A stretch of 50,466 nt of DNA from NCBI GenBank assembly GCA_031389865.1, contig JANMSY010000409.1, positions 1 to 50,466 on the forward strand, in the 5' to 3' direction. A program made the position numbers and the translations under genes. Positions within the stretch are counted from its first letter, which is position 1. Every line of letters begins with the position of its first letter. Positions 27,977-37,720 of the stretch are shown in pieces. This DNA comes from Anaerolineales bacterium. Its GTDB lineage: Bacteria > Chloroflexota > Anaerolineae > Anaerolineales > Villigracilaceae. The notes beneath the pieces were generated by a model. It ran no database searches and had not been told where the DNA came from. It was given only the letters and a program-made list of their open reading frames with translations.

Positions 27977-29500
27977 ATGTCACAAACTGAAATTGTTCTC
28001 CCGGGCCCCTTTAAAAATCGATTCTCTGCCATCACAGTTCTGACCATCATATCCATGGCGTTAGCTATTGCAGTAGGGTTGGCCAGCACTTCAAACCCGT
28101 TTCTGGTTTTGGCGGCGGTCGCCTTTTTTGCCACCGCAGTCCTCTTCAGCCTTCTCAAGTTGCCCAACTTCATCGTCATTCTGGTTACATTCATTATTTA
28201 TACGAACACTTCCGTGGTGATGATCAAATTTCATGGCGTAACACCGATGTTGGGATATGCCTTACCCTTGCTGTTGGTATTTCCATTTCTATGGGAATTG
28301 ATCGTGAACAGACGACCGGTAAAAGTCAACATCGTTTTCTTATTGATGCTGATGTATTTTTCAGTACTGCTCCTGGGGGGCACCTTTTCGAGAAATATCA
28401 CTTTGGCTATGCCAGGCTTGATTAATTACGCCACGGAGGGCCTGGGGTTGTATTTTCTGCTGATCAACACTATTCGAACCCCCAAGATGTTGAAAAATGT
28501 CGTTTGGTCGTTGTTGATTGCTGGAGCACTCATTGGTGGGCTATCCTTATATCAACAGGTTACGGGAACATTTGATAATAACTATTGGGGGTTTGCCCAG
28601 GTAACGGGTCGAGGATTTACCGCGGAAGAGACGCTCCAGGGTGCTGTCATCCAACCCCGGGTATCCGGGCCAATCGGTGAAAAGAATCGATTTGCACAGG
28701 TCATGTTGATGTTGGTTCCAATCGGTTTATTCCTGGCCTGGGGTGAGCAATCCAAGAGATTGCGTTCGCTGGCCTTTCTGCTGACAGGATTGGCATTTGT
28801 TGGCGGTTCTCTGGCTTTTTCCCGAGGAGCGCAAGTGGGGCTGTTGCTTTTGATCGTTATAATGACCTTCATGCGCTATATTAAGATTCGCGAGCTTTTA
28901 ATCATAGTGTTGGGCATCGTCTTGCTTTTAGTTGCCTTTCCACAAAATGCGCTTCGGTTTGGATCTTTGGGAGCTGTTTTTGCAACCGAAGATGAGGGAG
29001 GTTTGAGAAGTGCCGATGGGGCCATTCAGGGTCGTGCTACCGAAATGCTTGCGGCTATGCTTGTCTTCATGGATAACCCCTTTGTTGGTGTAGGCCCTGG
29101 CATGTTTAGTTACGAAATGGCAGAGTATTCAAGGAGGATTGGTCTCAGGAATATTATATCGACTCGAGAGGCCCACAGCCTGTACCCGGGCGTTGCCGCG
29201 GAATCCGGCCTGTTAGGTTTCATCACGCTCATGGGCATATTTTTTTACACACTTAATGGTCTCGCCCAAGCCAGAAAATACTGGCTGGCAAGGAATAACA
29301 CCCAACTGGCAAACTTATCCACAGGATTCTTCCTGGCGATCATCAGCTACATGACCACAGGCATATTCCTGCATTTTGCATATATCCGTTACTTCTGGTT
29401 GATCATTGCGTTGTCAGTCGTGGTGAGCGGGTTTAGAGAATCAGATCTGGCAGACGAGCTGGAAGCAGTTGATGAACAATCAGGTAGTTCAAGAGGTTAA
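27977..29500 (+). CDS. O-antigen ligase / Wzy-type polymerase family protein
   Basis: RVSGPIGEKN, FSRGA, PFVGVGPGMF, AHSLY..AESGLLG and many TM segments. Confidence 0.85.
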   Translation: MSQTEIVLPGPFKNRFSAITVLTIISMALAIAVGLASTSNPFLVLAAVAFFATAVLFSLLKLPNFIVILVTFIIYTNTSVVMIKFHGVTPMLGYALPLLLVFPFLWELIVNRRPVKVNIVFLLMLMYFSVLLLGGTFSRNITLAMPGLINYATEGLGLYFLLINTIRTPKMLKNVVWSLLIAGALIGGLSLYQQVTGTFDNNYWGFAQVTGRGFTAEETLQGAVIQPRVSGPIGEKNRFAQVMLMLVPIGLFLAWGEQSKRLRSLAFLLTGLAFVGGSLAFSRGAQVGLLLLIVIMTFMRYIKIRELLIIVLGIVLLLVAFPQNALRFGSLGAVFATEDEGGLRSADGAIQGRATEMLAAMLVFMDNPFVGVGPGMFSYEMAEYSRRIGLRNIISTREAHSLYPGVAAESGLLGFITLMGIFFYTLNGLAQARKYWLARNNTQLANLSTGFFLAIISYMTTGIFLHFAYIRYFWLIIALSVVVSGFRESDLADELEAVDEQSGSSRG

Positions 29501-30326
29501 CGATTTGAACCTTCCGCCAGTCATCTCGAAGATATGTTATGCAATTATGCTTTTGCCATTGCAGGCAAAGCAAACAACTCTTGCTCGATCTGAATCTACC
29601 CTGTACCAGTACAAATCCAGATACAAGCGGACTATTTCAGTGGTCCGTTTGGTCGATCGTGTGATTCCAAGAGCGTCAGACAGATTATCCCGTTTGATGT
29701 ATAAGAATAATCATTTCCCCTGGTCAGCGGTTGACATCGACCTGGCAGCTTTTGGGTCAGGTTCCGCAGTTTTTAAGGTGAATGGGCAGGGTGATGATAA
29801 AGCTCTTCGTATTTACCGCAGGTCTCTGGGTAAATCACTACCCGGGGTATTGGAAATAGCCAGATATTATAAAAGGAACTATGAGACAGTACATTCCTGG
29901 TACGGCGGTTCCGCGGGTTTTGTGCTTCCGATGGATTTTCTGGTTCTGTATGGACTGCCGTTTTCCAACCCCGTTGCGGCCTCCTTGCAGCCTTATATCC
30001 ACGGACTTCAACAGGATCCGTTCGAGGATTTTTCCGAGGATGAGCTGATACGGCTGCTGCAAAGGAATGAACGAGTATCTGAACAATTCATCTACTTTGC
30101 CCGGCAGACCATTAGCCAATGGGAGGGACAGAAAAGATGCTTCGATTTACTAGGCAACCAAAACTTAATGCTGGTGAATCAAGGAGGAAATTACAGGTTG
30201 TGTATCGCAGATGTTGGGATTTTCGATCTCGATGTCATAGCGAAAAAACATCCTCAAAAAATGGAGAAAATTAAGCAACGCATGGATCGGTTGGTTTGTC
30301 TTTCCGAATTGGCAAAGCAAATCTAG
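29472..30326 (+). CDS. Hypothetical protein, possible atypical kinase fold
   Basis: FGSGSAVFK Gly-rich loop, DLLGNQNLM and IADVG resemble the catalytic and metal-binding loops. Confidence 0.45.
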   Translation: MNNQVVQEVNDLNLPPVISKICYAIMLLPLQAKQTTLARSESTLYQYKSRYKRTISVVRLVDRVIPRASDRLSRLMYKNNHFPWSAVDIDLAAFGSGSAVFKVNGQGDDKALRIYRRSLGKSLPGVLEIARYYKRNYETVHSWYGGSAGFVLPMDFLVLYGLPFSNPVAASLQPYIHGLQQDPFEDFSEDELIRLLQRNERVSEQFIYFARQTISQWEGQKRCFDLLGNQNLMLVNQGGNYRLCIADVGIFDLDVIAKKHPQKMEKIKQRMDRLVCLSELAKQI

Positions 30327-30422
30327 CCAGGCAAAACACGGAAGAAAACGTATTCTGTGCTACTGGCATAAAAAAATAATTCTCTTATACAAAATCGAAA
30401 ATGATGCAAGGATGCTATCAAC

Positions 30423-31184
30423 ATGGCACTAGAAAAGATCTATCAGGTAGAACGGGCCAAGTGGGATGCATTGGCGGCAGAAGGTCTGAATTCGTTGAAG
30501 GTACTACGACAGGATGAAGACTTCTACACCTATGCAAAGCGAGCGAGTACGATGGTCGGAGTCAACGATTTCTTCGGCGATCTCCGTGGTAAACATGTAC
30601 TGGAATATGGCTGCGGGTTGGGTGAGGTTGCCATGCTTCTAGCGAAAAGTGGCGCACTGGTAACAACTTTTGATTTATCACCAAAGAGCATCCAGACAAG
30701 TCGTCAGAGAGCGAAATTGAATAATGCAGATTGCAATATCCGCTTTGCCGTTGCTGCTGGCGAGAATATCCCCTATGCAAACAACAGCTTTGACTTTGTT
30801 TTCGGGAGGGCGATCCTGCACCATCTAGACGCAGACCTGGGCTGGTCAGAAATTAGCCGAGTCCTCAAACCAGGAGGGAAGGCCGTGTTTGTCGAGCCAA
30901 TGGGCATGAATCCTGTTCTAAACTTTGTTCGTGATCATGTCCACTATCCTCACAAACATCCGCGCGGGGCAGATGTTCCTTTATCCTATAATGATATTCA
31001 TAAGTGGGGCAAGGGGTTTCACGAATTCTGGTATCGAGAGATTCAACTCTTCAGCATGCTCGAGCGTGGGTTCGGCTTTGGTAAGAAATTTATCCTTTTT
31101 CGGCAAATTGACGGTTTTCTATTAAAGCATGTGCCGTTTCTGAGGCGTTTCTGTCGTTACGTCGTCATGTACTGTATCAAATAA
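30423..31184 (+). CDS. Class I SAM-dependent methyltransferase
   Basis: VLEYGCGLG, SFDFV, ILHH, RVLKPGG. Confidence 0.92.
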   Translation: MALEKIYQVERAKWDALAAEGLNSLKVLRQDEDFYTYAKRASTMVGVNDFFGDLRGKHVLEYGCGLGEVAMLLAKSGALVTTFDLSPKSIQTSRQRAKLNNADCNIRFAVAAGENIPYANNSFDFVFGRAILHHLDADLGWSEISRVLKPGGKAVFVEPMGMNPVLNFVRDHVHYPHKHPRGADVPLSYNDIHKWGKGFHEFWYREIQLFSMLERGFGFGKKFILFRQIDGFLLKHVPFLRRFCRYVVMYCIK

Positions 31185-31241
31185 TCTTCTGTGAAATGAT
31201 ATTATCTTTTAGTAGTATTAAAGAATAAGTGGAGTATAGAA

Positions 31242-32366
31242 TTGCGCACTGAAACAACGGATTTTGATCTTCACGGAATAGTGGGTATACGCCTGCTCAA
31301 CGCCACGCAAGGCGATATCGCGGCCGTGACAAGGCAGCTTGGGCCTATCCAGGCTCCTCTTTCCAGGACTCCCGATATCGTGATAAATTTTGTGGACCAA
31401 ATCGCTTTCTCATCTCCCGTTCGCTACCTCGGCGTGGATGATGTGGGGTTTACAGACGATGCGTTCTTGGTGTTTCGCGGGAAACAAAAGGCGCGCGTGA
31501 AGGCGCAAATCCCTTTCGACCAGATTGGAAGCCATCAATGCCAGATCATTTGTGAAAGTGGTCTGCCAGCCGTACCGCTGTTGATGCCCATTCTTAATCT
31601 GACAGTACTGAGCCGGGGTGCCCTCCCGTTGCATGCATCGGCATTTAATTACAAGGGAAAAGGAATATTGATCACTGGATGGGCAAAAGGGGGCAAAACT
31701 GAGATGTTACTGGCTTTTGCAGCCCACGGCGCTGAATATGTTGGAGATGAGTGGGTCTATATCAGTGAGGATGGGCAGTGCATGTTTGGGATCCCGGAGC
31801 CGATCCGGGTCTGGTACTGGCATTTGCAGGATATGCCTCGTTATCAAGCGATGGTCGATCGCAGTGACCTTGTTCGACTGCAAGCCCTTAACCTGTTCGT
31901 AAATTTTCTGGAGTGGATGGAGTCCCTTGGATCAGGGCGCGGCTCTGCACCATTTCGGTTCATTAGGCGAATTATAGCGATCGTAAAACAACAGTTATAT
32001 GTACAGCTGCCACCCCGGAAATTGTTTGGACAGACGGCGAAAGGACTGACCGGAAGTCCGGAGAAAGTATTTTTTGTCGGCAGTCATGCTGATCCGAATG
32101 TGACAGTGCAACCCATGGACCCGCAAGAGATTGCAGGGCGAATGGTTTTTTCATTGCAGGAAGAACGCAAGGATTTTATGTCTTATTACTTGAAATACCG
32201 ATTTGCTTTTCCCAAACAGTCAAATTCACTTATCAGTCAGGCGGAGGAGGTACAGCGCAGCATACTTCTGAAAGTATTGGCAGGCAAGGATACCTATGCT
32301 GCGTACCACCCATACCCGGTCTCGATCCCCGCCTTGTTTGACGTGGTCCATCCATATTGTGCCTAG
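31242..32366 (+). CDS. HPr-kinase-like P-loop protein
   Basis: PLHASA, GWAKGGKT, YVGDEWV. TTG start with ggag RBS. Confidence 0.65.
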   Translation: MRTETTDFDLHGIVGIRLLNATQGDIAAVTRQLGPIQAPLSRTPDIVINFVDQIAFSSPVRYLGVDDVGFTDDAFLVFRGKQKARVKAQIPFDQIGSHQCQIICESGLPAVPLLMPILNLTVLSRGALPLHASAFNYKGKGILITGWAKGGKTEMLLAFAAHGAEYVGDEWVYISEDGQCMFGIPEPIRVWYWHLQDMPRYQAMVDRSDLVRLQALNLFVNFLEWMESLGSGRGSAPFRFIRRIIAIVKQQLYVQLPPRKLFGQTAKGLTGSPEKVFFVGSHADPNVTVQPMDPQEIAGRMVFSLQEERKDFMSYYLKYRFAFPKQSNSLISQAEEVQRSILLKVLAGKDTYAAYHPYPVSIPALFDVVHPYCA

Positions 32367-32376
32367 GGGCTTACAA

Positions 32377-33084
32377 ATGTCAAAAATGTATACTGTAGCG
32401 TTAATTGGTCCAGATGGAGCTGGAAAGTCCACCATTGGCCACAAACTTGAGACGATTTCACCGTTACCCATGAAGTACATATACATGGGCGTGAACCTTG
32501 ATTCCAGCAATATGGTGCTGCCTACCACTCGTTTGCTCCTTGAATACAAGCGCTATCATGGCCAGCGTCCAGATATAGCCACCAGGCCACGCGAATACTA
32601 CCAATCGCGCGTCCGTCCCAAGAGTATGTCCAAACGCTTTGTGGCAGGCCTGCGAGCCACTTTGCGATTTGTGAATCTCACCGCTGAAGAATGGTTCCGT
32701 CAAATCATTGTTTGGTATTACACCCTGCGGGGATATTCCGTAATCCTCGACCGACATTTTTACTTCGATTATTACGCTCACGACGTGGTAAACGATGATC
32801 CCAAGCGCTCCCTACACAGCCGGATGCATGGATTCATGCTGAAAAACCTGTACCCGAAACCGGATTATGTAATCTTCCTGGATGCACCGACTGAGGTACT
32901 CTTTGCCCGTAAACCCGAAGGCACCATAGAGGCACGTGAGATCAGGCGACAGGAATATCTTAGGCTCAGGGACGCGGTAAAGTGTTGGGATGTTGTAGAT
33001 GTTTCACAACCGATGGATGAAGTCGTAAATGAGGTTGCGGAACTGATCGTAAAGTTTCACTGTACTAAAAACGGTGGGAAGTAG
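32377..33084 (+). CDS. Thymidylate-kinase-like P-loop kinase
   Basis: GPDGAGKST, ILDRHF, PKPD.VIFLDAP..RK. ATG at 32377 (ORF track starts at 32296). Confidence 0.75.
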   Translation: MSKMYTVALIGPDGAGKSTIGHKLETISPLPMKYIYMGVNLDSSNMVLPTTRLLLEYKRYHGQRPDIATRPREYYQSRVRPKSMSKRFVAGLRATLRFVNLTAEEWFRQIIVWYYTLRGYSVILDRHFYFDYYAHDVVNDDPKRSLHSRMHGFMLKNLYPKPDYVIFLDAPTEVLFARKPEGTIEAREIRRQEYLRLRDAVKCWDVVDVSQPMDEVVNEVAELIVKFHCTKNGGK

Positions 33085-34125
33085 GTGGAACCGGTGCTTA
33101 GAATGATAAAACAGCTGGTGCCAATCGTTGCAAATAGTACAGCCTTTGAGAGATTTGTTGCGCTGTTGGAACACTCCGCTGGAGAGCGCGCAAACCTGCT
33201 GAGAGTGCTGACTTATCATCGCGTGGATGAGCCGCATGCACATCCATGGCTTGATCCAGGGCTGATCAGTGCATCTCCACAAGCTTTTGAAATGCAAATG
33301 AAGTATCTGGCAGCCAGGCATCAGCCTGTATCGGCGTCTGATGTGCAAAAGGCGTTTGAAGGTCAATATGCCCTGCCGCCGCGTGCAGTACTGGTAACCT
33401 TCGATGATGCATATTGTGATTTTGAAAAACACGCCTGGTCCATCTTAAAGCAATACCAGATCCCTGCCATCCTCTTTGTTGCTACCGCGTTCCCTGACCA
33501 CCCGGAGCGAACGTTTTGGTGGGACAGGTTATTCAATGCGATTCATACCACTGTGGCTGATGAGTTGAATACATCGATGGGGCGTCTCCCTATCTCCACG
33601 GCGCTGCAGCGTAATCAGGCATACAAGTCTATTAAGAATTATCTGAAGACGCTGCCTCACGACAAAGCCATGGCAGACGTGGATCGAATATGCAGTGAAC
33701 TTGGCGTTCCCACGCATGATAATAGTGTGCTGGGTTGGGATTCGTTGCGCAGATTGGTAAGCAACGGTCTTACGCTGGGTGCGCACACTCGAAACCATCC
33801 AATCATGAATTGCATCACGCCTGACGAACTGCAGAAAGAAGTAAGTGATTCGCTGCACGATTTGCGTCGCGAGATCGGTTTGGTTCCACAGACTTTTGCG
33901 TACCCGAGCGGGATCCATAATAATGAAGCCGTCAAAACCGTGGAACGTGCTGGCTTCAAACTGGCCTTTACCACGGAGCGAGGCATCAACGAAGTGGGTC
34001 ATGCCGATCGGTTGCGATTGCAACGGATTAATGTTAGTCCACGTACCACATTACCAATCTTGCGGGCACAATTGCTGTCGTGGTCTGCACCTCTCCATTC
34101 CCTGGGTAACAAACTTTTTAGCTAA
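33085..34125 (+). CDS. Polysaccharide deacetylase (CE4/NodB)
   Basis: LTYHRV, VTFDDAY, GAHTRNHP, FAYPSG. Confidence 0.92.
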   Translation: MEPVLRMIKQLVPIVANSTAFERFVALLEHSAGERANLLRVLTYHRVDEPHAHPWLDPGLISASPQAFEMQMKYLAARHQPVSASDVQKAFEGQYALPPRAVLVTFDDAYCDFEKHAWSILKQYQIPAILFVATAFPDHPERTFWWDRLFNAIHTTVADELNTSMGRLPISTALQRNQAYKSIKNYLKTLPHDKAMADVDRICSELGVPTHDNSVLGWDSLRRLVSNGLTLGAHTRNHPIMNCITPDELQKEVSDSLHDLRREIGLVPQTFAYPSGIHNNEAVKTVERAGFKLAFTTERGINEVGHADRLRLQRINVSPRTTLPILRAQLLSWSAPLHSLGNKLFS

Positions 34126-34483
34126 CCAGGTGGAATTTACCTAAATGCATCGCGTCTCGAAAAAATGAAAATATCTTCTCTCGTTTTTAACGGCTTGCAA
34201 GCCACTGGACCCAATACGGGTATTCTCCATGCCTTATTCAATTACTTGATAACCGGTCCGCCGCGTTCTCAATAGGTCTGGAGCATTCAATTTGTCCGAT
34301 GCTTTTCTCAGTCTTCTTACCAGTGCTTGCCCTCCGAATTAGTGCTTCTGGATCGTTTCAATGCTTTCTCTTGGTTATGGTTCCTTCTCGTGGTCTGTTG
34401 TACCGCATGTAGTTCATTGTGGTGTCACATACGCAGGAGGAAGGTCAGTTAGTTGAAAAATCAAATTTTGAAGAGGATAAAAT

Positions 34484-35431
34484 ATGAAAATTCTTATTGC
34501 TAGCAAAATCTATGCAGACTCAATCGAGAAACTCAAAGAGGATCACGAGGTGGTTTGCGCTTTCGGTGCAGACAAAGAAACCTTGAAATCACTGATCTGG
34601 GATTGTGATGTTCTGGTCTTCCGAAGCGGCGTGGAAATCTCTGCGGATGTAATGGCGGCAGCTCCGTCTTTGAAACTGCTTCTCCGGGCAGGCTCTGGAG
34701 TTGATAACCTTGATCTGGATTATATAAGTCAGCGGGGCCTGCGGCTGATCCGGATCCCCGGACCGGGTGCAAAGGCTGTGGCTGAGCTATCCTTTGCGAT
34801 GATGCTGGCGCTGGCACGCAACCTGCTGGAAGCCGACCGGCTGACCCGTGGTGGGCGCTGGGCAAAAAATGAACTCACCGGTTATCTGCTTACCGGCAAA
34901 GTGCTTGGCGTTCTCGGGGCCGGAAACATTGGTTCGCGCGTAGGAAGCATGGGCGTAGCCTGGGGCATGGATGTGCTGGCATGTGTCGCACATCCCTCTC
35001 CAGATAGAGCAAAACAATTCGCGCAGATGGGAATTCAGATGACCACTGATGAAGATGTGATTGCCAGGGCGGATTTTCTGAGCGTGCATGTCCCGCTGAC
35101 CACTTCGAATCGCAATTTAATCAACAAAGAAGCGTTAGCGACCATGAGGCCGGGCGCATACCTGGTCAATCTGGCGCGTGGAGGTGTCGTTGATGAGGCA
35201 GCGCTCTTCGATGCTTTAACCGAAGGTCGGTTGGGTGGTGCAGCCCTGGACGTTCACCAGGCAGAGGGCGAAGGCAAGATATCTCCCCTGGCTGAATTAA
35301 AGAACGTTATTCTGACTCCACACATCGGAGCCAGCACGTTCGACTCACAGCGGGAGATTGGCGAAATTATCATTGAAACTGTAAAGAGTTTCAAGACAGA
35401 GCGATCATCTACCCTACTAGAGACATCGTAG
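34484..35431 (+). CDS. D-2-hydroxyacid (phosphoglycerate-dehydrogenase-like) dehydrogenase, candidate phosphonopyruvate reductase
   Basis: RAGSGVDN, AVAE, GAGNIG, HVPLT, NLARGG, ALDV, TPHIGAST. No ACT domain. Adjacent to pepM. Confidence 0.85.
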   Translation: MKILIASKIYADSIEKLKEDHEVVCAFGADKETLKSLIWDCDVLVFRSGVEISADVMAAAPSLKLLLRAGSGVDNLDLDYISQRGLRLIRIPGPGAKAVAELSFAMMLALARNLLEADRLTRGGRWAKNELTGYLLTGKVLGVLGAGNIGSRVGSMGVAWGMDVLACVAHPSPDRAKQFAQMGIQMTTDEDVIARADFLSVHVPLTTSNRNLINKEALATMRPGAYLVNLARGGVVDEAALFDALTEGRLGGAALDVHQAEGEGKISPLAELKNVILTPHIGASTFDSQREIGEIIIETVKSFKTERSSTLLETS

Positions 35432-35480
35432 GCGTGTCAATTAATTTCAACCGTGAATTAGCCAGATAATGGAGAGAAAA

Positions 35481-36380
35481 ATGTTAAAGAAAACCACACA
35501 ATTGAAGCAAATGCTGCAATCCGACCAGCTGGAAGTCATTATGGAAGCCCACGATGGGCTTAGCGCGAAAATTGTTGAGCAGGCCGGATTCAAGGGAATA
35601 TGGGGAAGCGGGCTGACGATCTCCGCTTCGATGGGGGTTCGCGATAACAATGAAGCAAGCTGGACCCAGGTGCTTGAAGTGATGGAGTTCATGAGCGACG
35701 CGACCACCATCCCTATTTTGTTGGATGCGGATACGGGTTATGGCAATTTCAATAACGTCCGCAGATTGGTGCGCAAACTTGAACAGCGTAACGTAGCCGG
35801 CATGTGTATTGAGGACAAGCTGTTTCCCAAAACCAATTCTTTCATTAACAGTGAGCAACAACCACTGGCAGACATCGAAGAATTTGCCGGAAAAATCAAG
35901 GCTGCAAAAGACACACAACAGGATCCTGATTTTTGTGTGGTCGCCAGGGTCGAGTCCCTGATCGCAGGGTGGGAGTTGGATGAAGCCCTCAAGAGAGCCG
36001 AGGCTTACTCTCTTGCCGGTGCCGATGCAATTCTTATGCACAGTAAGCTTAAAACCGCCGATCAAATCCTGGAATTTATGCGGGAATGGCAGAATAGATG
36101 TCCAGTTGTGATTGTCCCAACCACCTATTACAATACGCCAACTTCTGTTTATGAGCAGGCAGGCATCAGCCTGGTTATTTGGGCCAATCATCTGCTTCGA
36201 TCCAGTATTAAGGCCATGCAGCAAACGGCTGCACAGATTTATGAGGAGCGATCCATCAGCTCCATAGAAGGTCAGGTTGTTCCGGTGAAAGAGATCTTTC
36301 GTCTGCAGGACGCCGCAGAGTTGGAAGAGGCTGAAAAACAATATTTTCCTAAAGTTGGTGTTGAGGGATCGCAGGTCTAG
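35481..36380 (+). CDS. pepM: Phosphoenolpyruvate phosphomutase
   Basis: Diagnostic EDKxxxxxNS motif ([10 protein letters not shown]), plus [24 protein letters not shown] at 35481 after ggag. Confidence 0.95.
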   Translation: MLKKTTQLKQMLQSDQLEVIMEAHDGLSAKIVEQAGFKGIWGSGLTISASMGVRDNNEASWTQVLEVMEFMSDATTIPILLDADTGYGNFNNVRRLVRKLEQRNVAGMCIEDKLFPKTNSFINSEQQPLADIEEFAGKIKAAKDTQQDPDFCVVARVESLIAGWELDEALKRAEAYSLAGADAILMHSKLKTADQILEFMREWQNRCPVVIVPTTYYNTPTSVYEQAGISLVIWANHLLRSSIKAMQQTAAQIYEERSISSIEGQVVPVKEIFRLQDAAELEEAEKQYFPKVGVEGSQV

Positions 36381-36466
36381 GCATAGCACGTTCCAGCGCT
36401 GAGTTCCGAGTCCCCAGTCTACCAGCATGATCCAGGGCTCTGCTGCATTCATCTAACTTTCAAGGT

Positions 36467-37672
36467 TTGGAGAGGTCAAGATTGCACGTAAATACACACA
36501 GCGAACTACCCTATGCTTTTGTAATCGGCTTGGATTGCATAACAGGACTACAGACCGCACGCATCCTGGCTGGGCATGATATTCCAATTATTGCGTTAGC
36601 CAAGGATCCCAACCATTTCTGTTGTCAGACACGGGTATGTGAGAAAATCATTCGGGCAAATACAGCTGGTGAAGAGTTTATCGAGGTGTTGGAGGCCCTG
36701 GGGCCGCAGCTGAGCCAAAAAGCAGTCCTCTACCCATGCACTGATATGAGCGTATTGACCATTTCCCGTCATCGTCACCGCCTTGCTGCCTGGTATCACG
36801 TGGTACTCCCCGAGCCCGAAGTGGTTGAGATGCTGATGGATAAGGTAAGCTTCTATGCCTATGCCCAGGAAAAGGGATTGCCCATACCAAAGACATTTCT
36901 CTTAAAAAATAGAAATGATGCTGAAGCAGCAGCAAATGAGCTTACCTTTCCCTGCATTATGAAACCCCCAATGAAAACACCAACCTGGGAAAAACATACC
37001 CGGGCCAAGGTGTACAAGGTAACCAATCCAGAGGAATTTCTTGCGCTATACGATCAATGCTCAGGCTGGGCTGATCTGCTGATGGTTCAGGAATGGATTG
37101 AGGGAAATGACGCCACCCTTTATTCCTGCAATTGCTATTTCAATGCCGGCTCTGAGCCGATGGTTACTTTCGTGGCCCGTAAGCTCCGGCAGTGGCCTCC
37201 TCAGACGGGAACGAGCTGCCTGGGAGAAGAGTGTCGCAATGACTTCGTTTTGGAGGAGTCGATTCGCTTATTCCGAAGTGTCAACTACCGTGGGTTGGGT
37301 TATGTGGAAATGAAACGCGACGAACGCACGGGGAAGCACTTCATCATCGAACCCAACATCGGCAGGCCAACAGGCAGGTCAGCCATCGCAGAGGCAGGAG
37401 GCGTTGAACTGCTTTACACCAAGTACTGCGATGTCCTGGGTTTGCCGCTGCCTGCGAATCGTGAGCAGAAATATAAAGGCGTGAAATGGATCTATCTGCA
37501 GCATGACATCCCGTCCGCGTTGCATTACTGGAAGCGGGGAGAACTCACGCTTCGAGAATGGTGGCGTTCGGTTCGCGGTGCCAGACGGGATGCTGTTTTT
37601 TCGTGGACTGACCCAGCCCCGTTTTGGTATTCCTTATGGAAGGTTGCCAAACAGCTGGTAAATCACAAATAA
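36467..37672 (+). CDS. ATP-grasp carboxylate-amine ligase (D-aspartate-ligase-like)
   Basis: DK, PIPKT, FPCIMKP, VQEWIEG, RKLRQWP, VEMKRD..IEPNIGR. Start uncertain (TTG 36467 or 36482). Confidence 0.85.
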   Translation: MERSRLHVNTHSELPYAFVIGLDCITGLQTARILAGHDIPIIALAKDPNHFCCQTRVCEKIIRANTAGEEFIEVLEALGPQLSQKAVLYPCTDMSVLTISRHRHRLAAWYHVVLPEPEVVEMLMDKVSFYAYAQEKGLPIPKTFLLKNRNDAEAAANELTFPCIMKPPMKTPTWEKHTRAKVYKVTNPEEFLALYDQCSGWADLLMVQEWIEGNDATLYSCNCYFNAGSEPMVTFVARKLRQWPPQTGTSCLGEECRNDFVLEESIRLFRSVNYRGLGYVEMKRDERTGKHFIIEPNIGRPTGRSAIAEAGGVELLYTKYCDVLGLPLPANREQKYKGVKWIYLQHDIPSALHYWKRGELTLREWWRSVRGARRDAVFSWTDPAPFWYSLWKVAKQLVNHK

Positions 37673-37720
37673 GTAACCGGTACCAGGTTAGTCTTAAAGG
37701 TAGACTTTTGAGGATATACC

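Noticed and set aside
35481-36380. Isocitrate or methylisocitrate lyase instead of PepM
   Set aside because: It has EDKxxxxxNS and lacks the KKCGH/KRCGH motif of the lyases.
35484-36452. 322-aa minus-strand ORF
   Set aside because: It is an antisense shadow of pepM with no motifs.
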